A stretch of 64,000 nucleotides of DNA, from assembly GCA_009859145.1 (NCBI GenBank), contig VRVR01000052.1, positions 159,943 to 223,942 on the forward strand. Direction: 5' to 3'. Source of the stretch: Andalucia godoyi And28. Taxonomy: Eukaryota > Protista > Jakobida. The translations under genes were made by a program, and so were the position numbers. A model generated the notes under the pieces. That model saw only the letters and a list, made by a program, of their open reading frames with translations, did no database searches and had not been told where the DNA came from. This document shows positions 52,021 through 62,659 of the stretch, one piece after another (the stretch's first letter is position 1; every line of letters begins with the position of its first letter).

Positions 52021-52242
52021 CTAGGCCGTCGGAGAGACAGGTTTTCCGAACTGTAGTCATTCCCCTCCTCTTCCCCCTTCCGAGCCTTTGATGCCTCTCT
52101 ATGCGGTGTTTTTATTTTGTGTTTTCGTTTTTGCGATATTTCTGAGAGAAAGACGATCCGAATTTTTTACGAAAAGAGGAGCTTGTTGTATTTTTTAATT
52201 TTCAGACGAGAAGAAGGGAATAGATTGGTCTCCTTTTTTGTC

Positions 52243-52605
52243 ATGCAGCAGTCTCAGTCCACAAACCCAGGAGCCACGGCGGTCTCTTCCGAGGAAGCAG
52301 AAATCCGCGCAAAGCTGTACCAGCGTTTGGAAGCGTCAGGCGATCTGTATCGACTGCGCCAGCTTGTCGAGGAGCGACTACAGGCGACGGGCTGGGAAGA
52401 TGAGCTCCGGAAGCGCTGCAAAGAAGCGATCCGGCAGAAGGGATTTGAGCACATCTCTCTCGATTCGCTTGTGGAGGATCTTACGCCAATGGCCCGAGCA
52501 ACGGTGCCGCAGCAAGTACGCATGGAAGTCATGGAGCGCATTCGACAACTCGTTGACTCTTCCACAATTCCAAATGCAGCTGCTCTTCCGAACGCCCAGT
52601 CTTGA
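52243..52605 (+). CDS. ENY2: SAGA/TREX-2 subunit ENY2/Sus1
   Basis: RLEASGD..RL..L..ERL..TGWEDEL...C...I...LVEDLTPMARATVPQQV. Confidence 0.9.
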   Translation: MQQSQSTNPGATAVSSEEAEIRAKLYQRLEASGDLYRLRQLVEERLQATGWEDELRKRCKEAIRQKGFEHISLDSLVEDLTPMARATVPQQVRMEVMERIRQLVDSSTIPNAAALPNAQS

Positions 52606-53049
52606 TTCCTTCCCGCCTCTCTATTGTCTCTGTTATTTTGTACAGTTTCCCCCTCGTCCTGTGTGCATTTAAAAAAAAAATATGAATGACTCCCAAGGAG
52701 ACTCCGCTCCTTTTTATTTGCACGCACAGACTTGCCAAATCCGCCGTGGAGCTCGCACGTTTTTAGGGCCTGCTTGCACGTACATGCTGCCGGTTTGGAA
52801 ACTTTGATGGCTCACGCTGGGAGCACGATGATTCCATCCCATGCTTTCACCATGAAACACTTCTCTCTTTGCGAACTGCTAACTGGAGGGTGGGACTGCA
52901 GTCACTATCACGATCTGACACTCGCACGCACACGCACGCAGACGCACACACGCGTACATTTCGGCAAGCGGCTCCCATATCAAGCCTTTTTGAAAACATA
53001 CCAGTAGAATTCTACTGGTTAACAAGAAGCCGCTGCGCTCATCCAGAGA

Positions 53050-54120
53050 ATGGGCGCGAAAATTTGCTCTCACGACAAGGCATGTTCTGTGTCGCAGTCC
53101 GCTGCGAATCGAAAGCCGGCCGGTCGTCCGCCAAGCGCCGGATCCGATGAAACGCTACCACTCACACTATCTAGTCGGTCCACCGGAACCTCGATTGCAA
53201 CAGACCACGGCCCCATGTATTTGAGGATTGATAATCACCCCGCAGGTCCTGGAGACTTGCGACGAGATCAGAATCTTCTCGCTCCTCCTCCTCCTTTGCA
53301 TCATCATTTTTTCACTCATGGGTTCGACCCGACTAAACAAGGGAAGTATTCATGGAATTCCCAGCAATATCCAGTGCAAGGGTCGCGCAATCTGCCGGAT
53401 TCGCAGGATTCGTCAGTGTTTTCTGCGCTGCAAGACGTCCCTCTCGGTGTCCAGCTCTCAAGACGAGGGGGATTCGCACCCTCGCTGTTGGATATTTACG
53501 CCAATCATGCTTCTACCGCGGACTCTGTCGATCCGAGTCTGGAGCGGCCCGCGCGTCATGATTTCGAGGGTACAAGCACTGCCTCGGAAACACCCCTTCT
53601 GCGGCGGTCTGGCTGGAGTGCCCCAGCAATGCCCGACGAGACGGAGTTTCTGTCGCTCAACGCCGGTTGGAGACGCTCTGCATTCGCGTCTGCGCTTGGG
53701 AGCATACAAATTCCGGAAAAGGATGTTATTTTCCCCGTTGGTCACGGCCCTTCCCGCCGAAGCTCAAGGGAGTATGACATTGATCCGACCGAGCCAGCCC
53801 ATCTCTTCTCGATTTGCATTCGAAACCGATCCGTAGCCAGATTGGAAGTCAGCTTCATTTACATTTCCGATGAAAAACAGATTACAAAGTCGGAGGTCGT
53901 CGTTTCTGAGCTGACAAAAACATCTTTGGAAATTCTTTGCAGGAAGGTTTGTGAAGCAAGGTTTGACACTGGATTGGAATGCGTGTCGTTCGGCATTGCA
54001 GAGCATTTCCCGCAGCTCTCCTCTTCTGAAATGTTGAACATCGTGGTGGAGCCGGCACCGCAGAATCAAAGTTCATTTGTCATGAAGGCGTTTGTTTCTC
54101 CTCTTGATGGCCACACTTGA
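53050..54120 (+). CDS. Uncharacterised protein, 356 aa
   Basis: ATG-started ORF with a disordered N-terminus and a folded-looking C-terminal ~100 aa; no family recognised. Confidence 0.6.
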   Translation: MGAKICSHDKACSVSQSAANRKPAGRPPSAGSDETLPLTLSSRSTGTSIATDHGPMYLRIDNHPAGPGDLRRDQNLLAPPPPLHHHFFTHGFDPTKQGKYSWNSQQYPVQGSRNLPDSQDSSVFSALQDVPLGVQLSRRGGFAPSLLDIYANHASTADSVDPSLERPARHDFEGTSTASETPLLRRSGWSAPAMPDETEFLSLNAGWRRSAFASALGSIQIPEKDVIFPVGHGPSRRSSREYDIDPTEPAHLFSICIRNRSVARLEVSFIYISDEKQITKSEVVVSELTKTSLEILCRKVCEARFDTGLECVSFGIAEHFPQLSSSEMLNIVVEPAPQNQSSFVMKAFVSPLDGHT

Positions 54121-54189
54121 TTGCCGTTTTTCTTCTGTCATTAATGAAGTCGAATGTATGATGAACAGCACAGGCCGGGTTTGTCTGGT

Positions 54190-54612
54190 TTTATTTTTGG
54201 ATGTGGCATTCGCATTGCAGTCAGGTTTTTGTGCACACGGACTCATGATGAGTTAGCCGACAGCAGTCAGCCCCATGGACACAGCCCAAATCACGCCACC
54301 CTCTCCGTGAGCAGCCAAGTCGTGATGCCGTCATCGAACGAACTTGCACACTTGGCAAGCAAGCGGGCATTGACCTCCATCGTTCTGCACGCATAAACAA
54401 GCCACATCTCGTGTCATATATATATCTATATATATATCTATATCTATGTCTATATTTGCTGTCCACTCTGCTTTATATCCCAATCACCCAGAAAGGTTCA
54501 GACGGTCGCTTTATTTCATGCACACCAATCCACCGTCATTCCGATGCCCGTCATATCCCGCACGGCTGGATCGAGGAATTGGAATGGTGCGGGTAACCTT
54601 TCTCTGGAGAAT
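54190..54612 (+). pseudogene. Decayed Fanzor C-terminal fragment (RuvC-II, Zn finger, RuvC-III), relic D
   Basis: IVLHA*TS (54379-54402, cf. EAYTSK), an inserted (TA)n tract, then SFRCPSYPARLDR/WNGAGNLSLEN (54536-54612). Confidence 0.7.
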
Positions 54613-54629
54613 GGTTTCAATCATGGTTG

Positions 54630-55000
54630 ATCATGCTCAGTCCATGTTGCTACCCAGGCCTCCTGTCGCCATGGACGTGGAGTTCGCGACCCGCATACTC
54701 CTCACACAGCCATTTTGCAAGTCTGTGATGCATGTCCGTCGCCAGGTTGCGGATCTGCTGATGTATTCGCAGTCACGCGCCGCTTGTCGAGTGGGACTTG
54801 GTCCTCATCCCGCACGGCACCCGGCTGTGGACTGCGCAGAGAAAACTGACCCAGCCTGGTTCGCTGGATGCGCATGTCGTACACCGTCATCTCCGGTGGA
54901 GGAGGAGCAGCGGCTCGGCGTACCGAACAGCATCTTTCCCAAAGGAAGCATCCCGCGGATGCGTCTAGCGGCGGGCCCCGTTTCGCAAGGCTGCGGTGTA
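54630..55000 (-). pseudogene. Decayed Fanzor N-terminal/central fragment, relic E
   Basis: PAARRIR..M.P..LGKMLFGT, YDMRIQRTRLGQFSL (54881-54837) and RIHQQIRNLATDMHHRLAKWLCEEY (bridge-helix region, 54769-54695). Confidence 0.85.
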
Positions 55001-55526
55001 GATGTTATAAGTCTTGTGCACAGCTGAGGGGCGAAGAAAACACCCAAGGATACATGAGTAGCAGAAAAACATAAGAAGAAAAAACAAAAACACGGACAAT
55101 GGTGTTTATAGATGGATTGCGAAAGAGCGATTCACAGAGGGGGGTTGTGAATTTTTTCTGGTGGGCCCGGGTGAAGTATGGCTATTTGATAAACAAAATG
55201 CAGGGTTCGAAGAGGCAGCAGATCTGCTCACACACTCATATGGCTGTTTGACCGTGTGCGTTTCACATTCTGTGGTGCACAGAAAGGGCACATCCCCCAA
55301 GTTCTGGTGCTGGACTGCGTAGGATCGTTCGCACTGCAAAAGCGCTTCTCCCGCTCGTCCACGTCTATCAAAAGGCTTCAACCGGGAATTTTGAGAAGTC
55401 TGCATTCCCCCCTTGTTAAAAAGCGCCTCCCCGGTTCTTTTGCAAGCTGGGCTTGGCAGATCTCGCTTTTGGCTTTGTTTTGCAGCGCTGTACTGCATTT
55501 GCATTACACCATTTCCAATTCACGGG

Positions 55527-56828
55527 ATGAATGCGTTGCAGAAATGCCCAGGTTTGGAATGGATTCCGCGGAGTGTTTTGTGCCGCCGGTTCCCGCCGAG
55601 CGTGCTCGCTGTCCTTGCTTCACTGCTGGTCTTGGCCAGTTTGCGGATGTTCAGAGTCCAGGACGGGAGGCCTGTTTCGAGCTTTTCTGCAAAGGGTTGC
55701 CGTAATGCTTCGTTGATTGAGCATCACGTGCACGCTTTGCAAGCCAGTCAAGATCGACTAATTGCGCGCCTCAAGCGGATCAACGGACGGTTCTCGGGCA
55801 TTGAGGACGTTGTGGAAAAGTCCATTCCAACAACCATGTTTGATTTGAACTACCGACAACGTTGGGCACCGCTTCCCGCCAACTTGGAAGAACTCCAGAA
55901 ATTGCCGCGAGTTGCGATTGTCAACGCTGTGACACCGGTCTGGGCTGCGGGATATGAGCTCGAGCAGACCGCGATGAACTGCTACGCGGCATACCAGGGA
56001 TATCCAAACTACGTAGAGACTGTTGCGTTGCAGCCCGACAGATTCATCTCTTCTGGACGACTGCGTGGCATGCAAAAGTACTTACCGTACTTTCAATGGG
56101 TACTGCACGCGTCAGCGGACATGACAGTCGTGAATCGCTCGAAGAGAATCGAATCATATCTCGACGACCGGTTCGATGTGATTCTTACGCGTCGAAATTT
56201 TTATCAGTTGCACAATTCTCGTCGGATGCTTGATGGAAAGTATGCTCACTATCCCCAGTTGAACACAGAGCTGTTGATGGTGAAGAACACCCAGGGAGGA
56301 CGGACATTTGTGAACGAGTTTATGTCGCTCAGCGATGAGGGTCGGTATGGAATGGTTTGGGACATGGGGGAGCTGCACGAGGTGGTCATCAAATTGTTGT
56401 TTCCTGAGCACTATGAAGAATGTGCTCGTCCACATATTGAATTTCGACATGGCACGTACAAGCCAGATCCGTCGGGTGAGCACCCGCTCGACGACCTCAC
56501 GCAACACATTCGGAAGTCCCCATGCGCAAGCTTGTTCACACGTTCGGAATGGAAGGACGGGCCAGTCAAAATCAAGATCTTGGACATGGGTGTCATGGTC
56601 CGCGACCATGAGCAAGGCTCGACGATCAAGTTGTTGCGTTGTTCGGATTTCTTTGTCCACACAAAGGGCGCCGTGAGCCACTTGACTGCGGATGAGGTTT
56701 ACTGCCTGCCCCTTAAAGAGCATGGGGTTGCGCGTCCCGATCGATACTTGTCGGAGACGGAATCCGGAAAGTATGCAAGAGATCTGGGGTGTGTGTATGA
56801 CGGTTGCACGGGAATCAACATACTTTGA
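55527..56828 (+). CDS. Type II membrane glycosyltransferase-like protein (GT34/GMA12-MNN10-like)
   Basis: N-terminal TM; CYAAYQGY, KYLPYFQWVLHASAD, FDVILT and LNTELLMVKNT follow the GT34-like pattern. Confidence 0.65.
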   Translation: MNALQKCPGLEWIPRSVLCRRFPPSVLAVLASLLVLASLRMFRVQDGRPVSSFSAKGCRNASLIEHHVHALQASQDRLIARLKRINGRFSGIEDVVEKSIPTTMFDLNYRQRWAPLPANLEELQKLPRVAIVNAVTPVWAAGYELEQTAMNCYAAYQGYPNYVETVALQPDRFISSGRLRGMQKYLPYFQWVLHASADMTVVNRSKRIESYLDDRFDVILTRRNFYQLHNSRRMLDGKYAHYPQLNTELLMVKNTQGGRTFVNEFMSLSDEGRYGMVWDMGELHEVVIKLLFPEHYEECARPHIEFRHGTYKPDPSGEHPLDDLTQHIRKSPCASLFTRSEWKDGPVKIKILDMGVMVRDHEQGSTIKLLRCSDFFVHTKGAVSHLTADEVYCLPLKEHGVARPDRYLSETESGKYARDLGCVYDGCTGINIL

Positions 56829-57029
56829 GAGCGGGCAGAGGAAAAAATGAGCCACGACCGAATGCAAGGGTCTCCAACGAGGGAGGCAACGTACCTGGAA
56901 TCAAGCGATTGGTTTGAAGTTGCGACAGAATATCAGAAACTCCAGCGATGGAGGGGCACACCGGAGAAAAGTGGTCGATTGAAGCACAGGCCAAACGTTA
57001 GAGACTCAAGGCAAGAGGGGAAGCACTGT

Positions 57030-57400
57030 CAGAGAGATCGCCCGCTGCTTGCTCATCAATGTCGCTGGAAAGACGAACTCCTCCGGTGAAACATTGGATT
57101 TTCCCCTGTGGCACAGAACATCATGCTTCCTCCACAAAGACTGCATTTCGGAAGAGGACGTCGCTATCGAGGATGGTGCCGAGATGGGCTGACCAAGCCG
57201 CGGATCTCGACCTGTCTCCTCTGCTCCAAGACGCAGCGCATCCAGTTTTGTTGCTAACCGATGACTCCGCAGCAGCAATGCGTTTTTGGAACCAGCACCA
57301 TATAGACAACCATCTGCCGTTTTTCGATGGCGGTCATAAGATCACTTATGAGGGTTTGACAACGCCCTCCCGTTCAGGAAATCGGGCCATCCACTAGTGA
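57030..57400 (-). pseudogene. Decayed Fanzor RuvC fragment, relic F
   Basis: With frameshifts: TLISDL..HRKTA/WLS..VLVPK, NKTGCAASWS (cf. KTARAMLTWSH), VFVEEA*, GKI..FTGG and DIDEQAA, in Fanzor order. Confidence 0.55.
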
Positions 57401-57735
57401 TGCGAAAGCGGCAGTTTTTTAACGGCTAGCGCGCTGACAAGGCACTTCGGCTGTTGGCTAGCGGCTCGCTAGCGGTATCAGTGAATAGATTTTACCGATT
57501 ACGGCAGTTGAAAACCCCGCCCAACCACCTCTGGCGGATAGTGAGTCTGCGCAGTCTGGCGAACAAGTGCATAGTCTCGCGTTTTCTGTTTGTTTGTTTG
57601 TTTGTTCTGTGTCGGATTCGGTTTTCCTTTCCTTTTTTTATGTGTCTAAACATTTGCATTTTACGATGTATTCATCATCTGACATCATGTCCAATTGTCC
57701 ACCGTTATTCTAGACGACGACGAGCTTGCCAAGTG

Positions 57736-58685
57736 TCAGGAATGCAGCAGGATTTTGACATCGCTGCTTGCGAAATGTGCCTTGCATCCTGACTCTGACA
57801 GAGGACCGGAGATACTGCGACGGATGATCATCTTTTCTTCTCGCTTGCTGATCATCTGTATCAAAACAGGTTCATGCGGAGTGTAGTACTCACCTTCGGA
57901 GCCCAAAAACTTGTCAATGGAATACATGCTCGATTTTTGCTGGGGCATGTTTCTGGTGTTTTCCGCAGACCCCAAACCAATGATCATCTTTCCTTTGTCC
58001 CCGTGTCTCAACATATTCAATGTGCGGAGGTAATTGTCTCATTTGGAAAGGGTGCCGTTGACGTTCTTGATTTGGAAGCGAATGCTTCTAGACATACTGG
58101 ATCGCCCCCAATTGCCCACAAGGAACTTCAACCTTCTTCTTCTGCTGAAAAAGGAGGTGTTTCTGGCTCAAGCATTAATGGAAATAACATAGTCAGTAAG
58201 TTGAATGTTGGCATGTTTGCAAATGTGACGTATCAGATCGCTGGAGACAATCAACAAGACTTAGAATCGCCGCGTGTACAGTCTTCTAGCAAGAAGCCGG
58301 ATGTACTTGCAAGTTTCAGCACTGGCGAACATTCAGGTTTTCGCAGTATCCCGATATTCTAGGACCAACACAGTTTGACCGTCGTCAACAGAATAGTAGT
58401 CCTGCCGCTAAAGACCATCTAAGTAGTATCACTGTATGTATTATCTATGGTATACCTCTGAGATTTGATTAATTCATCTGTCGTGCACTCCACTGATATG
58501 TCCACCTGTGTCCGCAACGACTGTGGGTCAGCTTCAGCATAAAGGCCGTAGATTTTCACCAGACAACGTTTTGTGGAAGTTGGAACCGACCTGTGAGCCA
58601 AACCGGAGATCCTGAATTTCTTGTTCTCATTTAAATGGAAGTGGTTATTGGAACATAAAGACAGATATTTTTTGAATGGCATCAA
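57736..58685 (-). pseudogene. Interrupted cargo ORF inside the hAT ends
   Basis: Largely open minus-strand frames broken by a few stops; identity unknown. Confidence 0.35.
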
Positions 58686-59986
58686 TTGAAATCGTCGATT
58701 TCCGAGGCATCCTGCGGAAGAGATGGGCTAGCAGCCTTCTTGGCTGGTTCGCCATCCATTTCCTCGCGAGCCATCCGCTTTTTTGTGTCGGACAGTGCAG
58801 CATCCGGAATACAGCTCTCGTAATTACCTCGGATTAGCAACATGTTGTTAACGGTTCGTGGAGGAAGTCGTCGGCGCCTGTCAGAGATACACTGTCCAGA
58901 GACCGAAAAGACTCGACTTCCACTATCTTACTCTTTTTTGATATTCCAGCAAGTCTCTTGTTGCTTTGTTGCTGCGATTGAAAAATTCAATGAGCTTCTT
59001 TGCTCTGTCGACGATGTGCTGCAAAATTGGGTTGTCAAATGCTCCCTGGACTGCCAGCTGCAGTGTGTGAATGAAGCAGCGAGAGTGTGGCAGTCCTGCG
59101 TTGACTATTGCATTCACCTGAACATCGGCATTGTCTGAAGTCACCGAAACAACTTGCTCCTTTGTAATACCGTATTCTGACAAACACTGATCCAGCGAAG
59201 TGGTCAGAACATCAGTCGATTCCGATGAGGACATGCATTTAAGCAGCAGCGAAACCATTCGAAGCTTTTCATCAATGAAGTGTCCGGTCGCGGCAACGTA
59301 ATGATGCCCACTCTTTGAGGGCCATCCATCAGTCGTGAGTGCCACTCCGAAAGCTCCAAGAAAGCGCGATTGAGTGGCCCCCTTGACTTGGGTCGCAAGG
59401 TGCGGAATCAATTTTTCTGTTAAAGTCTTTCGATCTGGAAATTTGAATTTGGGCTCCAGTTTCCTTACAAAATTCTGAAATCCCACGTCCTTGACGGGAG
59501 AAAGTGGTTGCAGGTCACGACAGACCAGAAATGCTAGGGCTTCGTTCAGTTCTCTTTGCCGAGTTGGGGGAAGTGGTTTCCAGATAGTATCGAGGTTTAA
59601 AGAACTTTCTGATTTCTGGTTCCCATCAAGAAAGTCGGAAACATGGCAATTTTCCAAATGATCTCGCAACTTCTCTGTGCTCGGCTTTGATAACGAATAC
59701 TTTCTTGGAGCTTCTTGTAAGCGGAATACACACAAAGCACAATGCACGTCGTCCATTTCTTTTCCACGAAAGACCAATTCCTCATCGCTTGACGGAGTTA
59801 CACCAAAAATCTCCACACAAACGACGCGCGGCCTGCAGTATCAACTGGGATCAACGGATACTTTGGGTGATAACGCACAACTGACAAGTCCCAGCTAAAC
59901 GCCTCCGCTCGTCGCTGTTCAGGGGAACGAGACTTACACAACTTACTCGCTTCAGCCTTGACTTCACAAATGGTCGGCTTTGACAT
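58682..59986 (-). pseudogene. hAT transposase pseudogene (BED finger, RNase H fold, dimerisation tail)
   Basis: VWRF (frameshift) CALC...HLENCH; LQPLSPVKDVGF; ALTTDGW; VTSDN; RCFIHTLQLAV; then a jump to RVFSVSG...RRRL.P..VNNMLL. The TRWNS region is missing. Confidence 0.9.
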
Positions 59987-60325
59987 TGTGCCGTACTGTC
60001 AGTAATATAGCATGCGAATACACCACAAAAAAAAAACAATGTCCAAAAGAAAGCCTAAACAGAGTGAGCTGTGAAGGAGTCATTGGGCCGCAGTTGGCGC
60101 CAGCAAAGAGCGGGAAAACTACAGTCAGTTAGAATGTTTCCGGCAGGCGTCAGCGGAGACGAATTCCGCCGCTGCGTTCAATGACAGGTCTCCGCTGTCG
60201 TAGCACCGCTAGCGGACAAGCCGCTAGTCGCACCTCTACCCGTTTCACCTTTGAGGGCTGACCGATCAATCCATTCACAAAATCACAGCCAGAATTGATT
60301 TTTGTTGTATTTTGAGAAAGTGTCG

Positions 60326-62656
60326 ATGAACATGGAGTCGTTGTCACTGGTCGACAATGACGCGCCTTTATCTTTGGAAGATTTGTGGAAGTTGCGTTGC
60401 TGGGCAAGAGCAGGGTTCCAAGATGGACCGGCTTCTTCTACGTCTTTGTGTATTCCACTTCTGGATGCCAACATCATTGATGCCCTTCGAGAAGCTCGCG
60501 AAAAATGCGTGGCTTTAATTGCCGTTGCACGCAACGACGATTCCTTCAACAGGAAGATGTTGTACTCGGAGCAATGTGAAATTTTTCTGTGCGTGTGGAA
60601 CCTATTTTCCCGGGTGAAGCGAGATCACCGCCTTCACGTGCCCCCGCTTTTTCGTGGTCAAAAAGAGTTGGATAGTGTTATCCGCCGTGCTGTTGCAGAC
60701 TGCACCATGCGAGAGCTTGGCATTTCTGCGCAAAACAGCGGGCATTTGATATTAGGCGGCGTGGAAGGAGCTGGAAAAACAACGCTTCTCAAGGCATTTG
60801 CTATTGCATCTGCAGTGCTTTTTGATATTTTGTTGCCAGTTTATTGGAGCTATGAAACGACAACCTTATCATCTCGCGATGGAGGAAATGAGACGGGCAG
60901 CATGCAGGATTCATTATCTCCGTTGAAACAGACGCTGCCTTTGCCAGCGGAACTCGTTGAAGAGATGCTTCGACCTGCTGACCAGCACCAGACTTCTCAG
61001 TCAACCGAGGTTGTTCAAGTTGATCATAAGAACCTGTCTCCGAAGGAAGCTGTTCAACGGCTCAATGAGCGCGGATTTCGATTATTTTTGCTGGTTGACG
61101 AGTTTCAACGCATCTATGCCAGGGACGCGTTAATTAATCACAGAAGGTTATTGGCGTCTCAGATGTGTGAGATTGCAAGGTCTCCAAATACTTACTGCAT
61201 GCTTGCGGGCTCATCGGCGAATATGAGAAGATATGTTTTTCGATATCAAGGAGATGCAACTGATGAATGGCACGACTTTCCAAACTTTAACGGATCCCTT
61301 TACGTGTTTGTGGACGTTCCTGTTCTACGAACATTGGCTATTTTGAAAGAGTATGTTGTTACAAGGTATGGAAGCTGTTCATTTGCGGAAACTGATGACG
61401 ATATCTCGCAGCTACTGTTTCATACCGGTGGTGTTGGCCGTTGGATTCACGACGCATGGAAGCGGGGAGAAACACGTATTTTTCCGGACAGGCGCGCGAA
61501 GCCACTAGAAACTTTCCAGCAAGACAAGGACTTTCGTTCTTTGGTCGCTCTTCTGGTCAGTTTCAATGAAGACGCTATTAAGAAGCATCGAGGCTTAGAC
61601 ACTCTGCCCGCTATCGGAATAGAATATAATAGTGTGATTGCGATGCTTGGTCCTATTTGTGACAACATAGTGGGTCAACTTCGGAGGTGGGCTGATCAAG
61701 GACTGATCTATCTGGAGGCGGACGACAGTGGTCCCAAATCTGTCCAATTGTTGGTCCCGAGAGACTGCTATCTGTATGTGGGTGGAGAACGGGCTGTCGA
61801 GGATCTCTTACTTTTTGCCATGTGTTCGCTTATGATCTGCCAAGATTACGAAATTAATGCTGGGAAGCCTTTAGAAAAGCTCATACGGCCTAGAATTCAC
61901 GTGCATTTCCTGGTCCAACAAGTTGTCTACCGTCGTCGATCGCTGCGGTTTGTTCCAAACGCGGACGGGATAGCAGTGGCGCGTGTCAGTGCCGAACAGT
62001 CCGACCAGTGGGATGTTGCCGCGGATCTTGATTCTCTAAACCTTGAGCATCTGCGCTGGGAAGGAGAGACTGGATTAGACGGGATTGTTCTCGAGAAAAC
62101 TGTGAACACCCGGAAGAACGTTCCACAATGGCACATTCATGGATGGCAATGCAAAGGAGGAAGGGCGACATTGCAGATTGGCGGAGGAGCCATAGAGACG
62201 TACGAAAACCATTACAAGACGTATTCATCAGTGTGCTCAATCAAGGACGATATGCTTGGTGGAATACTCGCCAAGGCCGAGGTTGGGTTTCTGCGGCTGG
62301 CAGATAAGCTGCAGCAAGCGTTTCCGAAAGCTGAGTTTTTATGTCGGTCATTGACAATCACAACCACGAAAGATGGCCACTTGGCTCAAGCTGCTCTGAA
62401 TCGGATGAATGAAGTTTTCCCTCTTAATATTTCTCTTGCGAAGGTGGAAAGTCTGAAAGTCTCCCAATTGAAAAAAAACCAACCGGTTTCAGTGAGAATC
62501 TTGGATGGACTGCAATGGCTGAGTCCTTGCCTTCCCGAAAGCCTGCGGACCTACGCACAATCCGATGAATTTCTATTGTCCTCTCCTATTCATCGTATCA
62601 TTGGAACCTCGACATCTGCCGGGCCGAAGAACAAAGGGAAATGCTCTGTGCAGTGA
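60326..62656 (+). CDS. P-loop NTPase plus PD-(D/E)xK restriction-endonuclease-like domain (Crinkler/CR-effector-like core) with C-terminal CaaX
   Basis: Walker A GGVEGAGKT, Walker B LFLLVDEFQ, GLDGIV...GWQCK nuclease signature, and ending KNKGKCSVQ. Visibly more AT-rich than host genes; intronless. Confidence 0.8.
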   Translation: MNMESLSLVDNDAPLSLEDLWKLRCWARAGFQDGPASSTSLCIPLLDANIIDALREAREKCVALIAVARNDDSFNRKMLYSEQCEIFLCVWNLFSRVKRDHRLHVPPLFRGQKELDSVIRRAVADCTMRELGISAQNSGHLILGGVEGAGKTTLLKAFAIASAVLFDILLPVYWSYETTTLSSRDGGNETGSMQDSLSPLKQTLPLPAELVEEMLRPADQHQTSQSTEVVQVDHKNLSPKEAVQRLNERGFRLFLLVDEFQRIYARDALINHRRLLASQMCEIARSPNTYCMLAGSSANMRRYVFRYQGDATDEWHDFPNFNGSLYVFVDVPVLRTLAILKEYVVTRYGSCSFAETDDDISQLLFHTGGVGRWIHDAWKRGETRIFPDRRAKPLETFQQDKDFRSLVALLVSFNEDAIKKHRGLDTLPAIGIEYNSVIAMLGPICDNIVGQLRRWADQGLIYLEADDSGPKSVQLLVPRDCYLYVGGERAVEDLLLFAMCSLMICQDYEINAGKPLEKLIRPRIHVHFLVQQVVYRRRSLRFVPNADGIAVARVSAEQSDQWDVAADLDSLNLEHLRWEGETGLDGIVLEKTVNTRKNVPQWHIHGWQCKGGRATLQIGGGAIETYENHYKTYSSVCSIKDDMLGGILAKAEVGFLRLADKLQQAFPKAEFLCRSLTITTTKDGHLAQAALNRMNEVFPLNISLAKVESLKVSQLKKNQPVSVRILDGLQWLSPCLPESLRTYAQSDEFLLSSPIHRIIGTSTSAGPKNKGKCSVQ

Positions 62657-62659
62657 TCT

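Larger units (their letters stand above)
57459..60226 (-). mobile_element. Internally deleted hAT-superfamily DNA transposon
   Basis: Imperfect inverted ends TAGCGGCT--CGCTAGCGGT (57459) and ACCGCTAGCGGACAAGCCGCTA (60205-60226) enclose transposase remnants. No 8-bp TSD is visible. Confidence 0.7.

Noticed and set aside
31966-57400. An active Fanzor nuclease gene in this window
   Set aside because: Every copy has deletions, stops or frameshifts, and no RuvC-I Asp motif was found.
57451-60234. 8-bp target-site duplication for the hAT element
   Set aside because: Flanks CTGTTGGC and GTCGCACC (or GACTACGG at the outer end) do not match.
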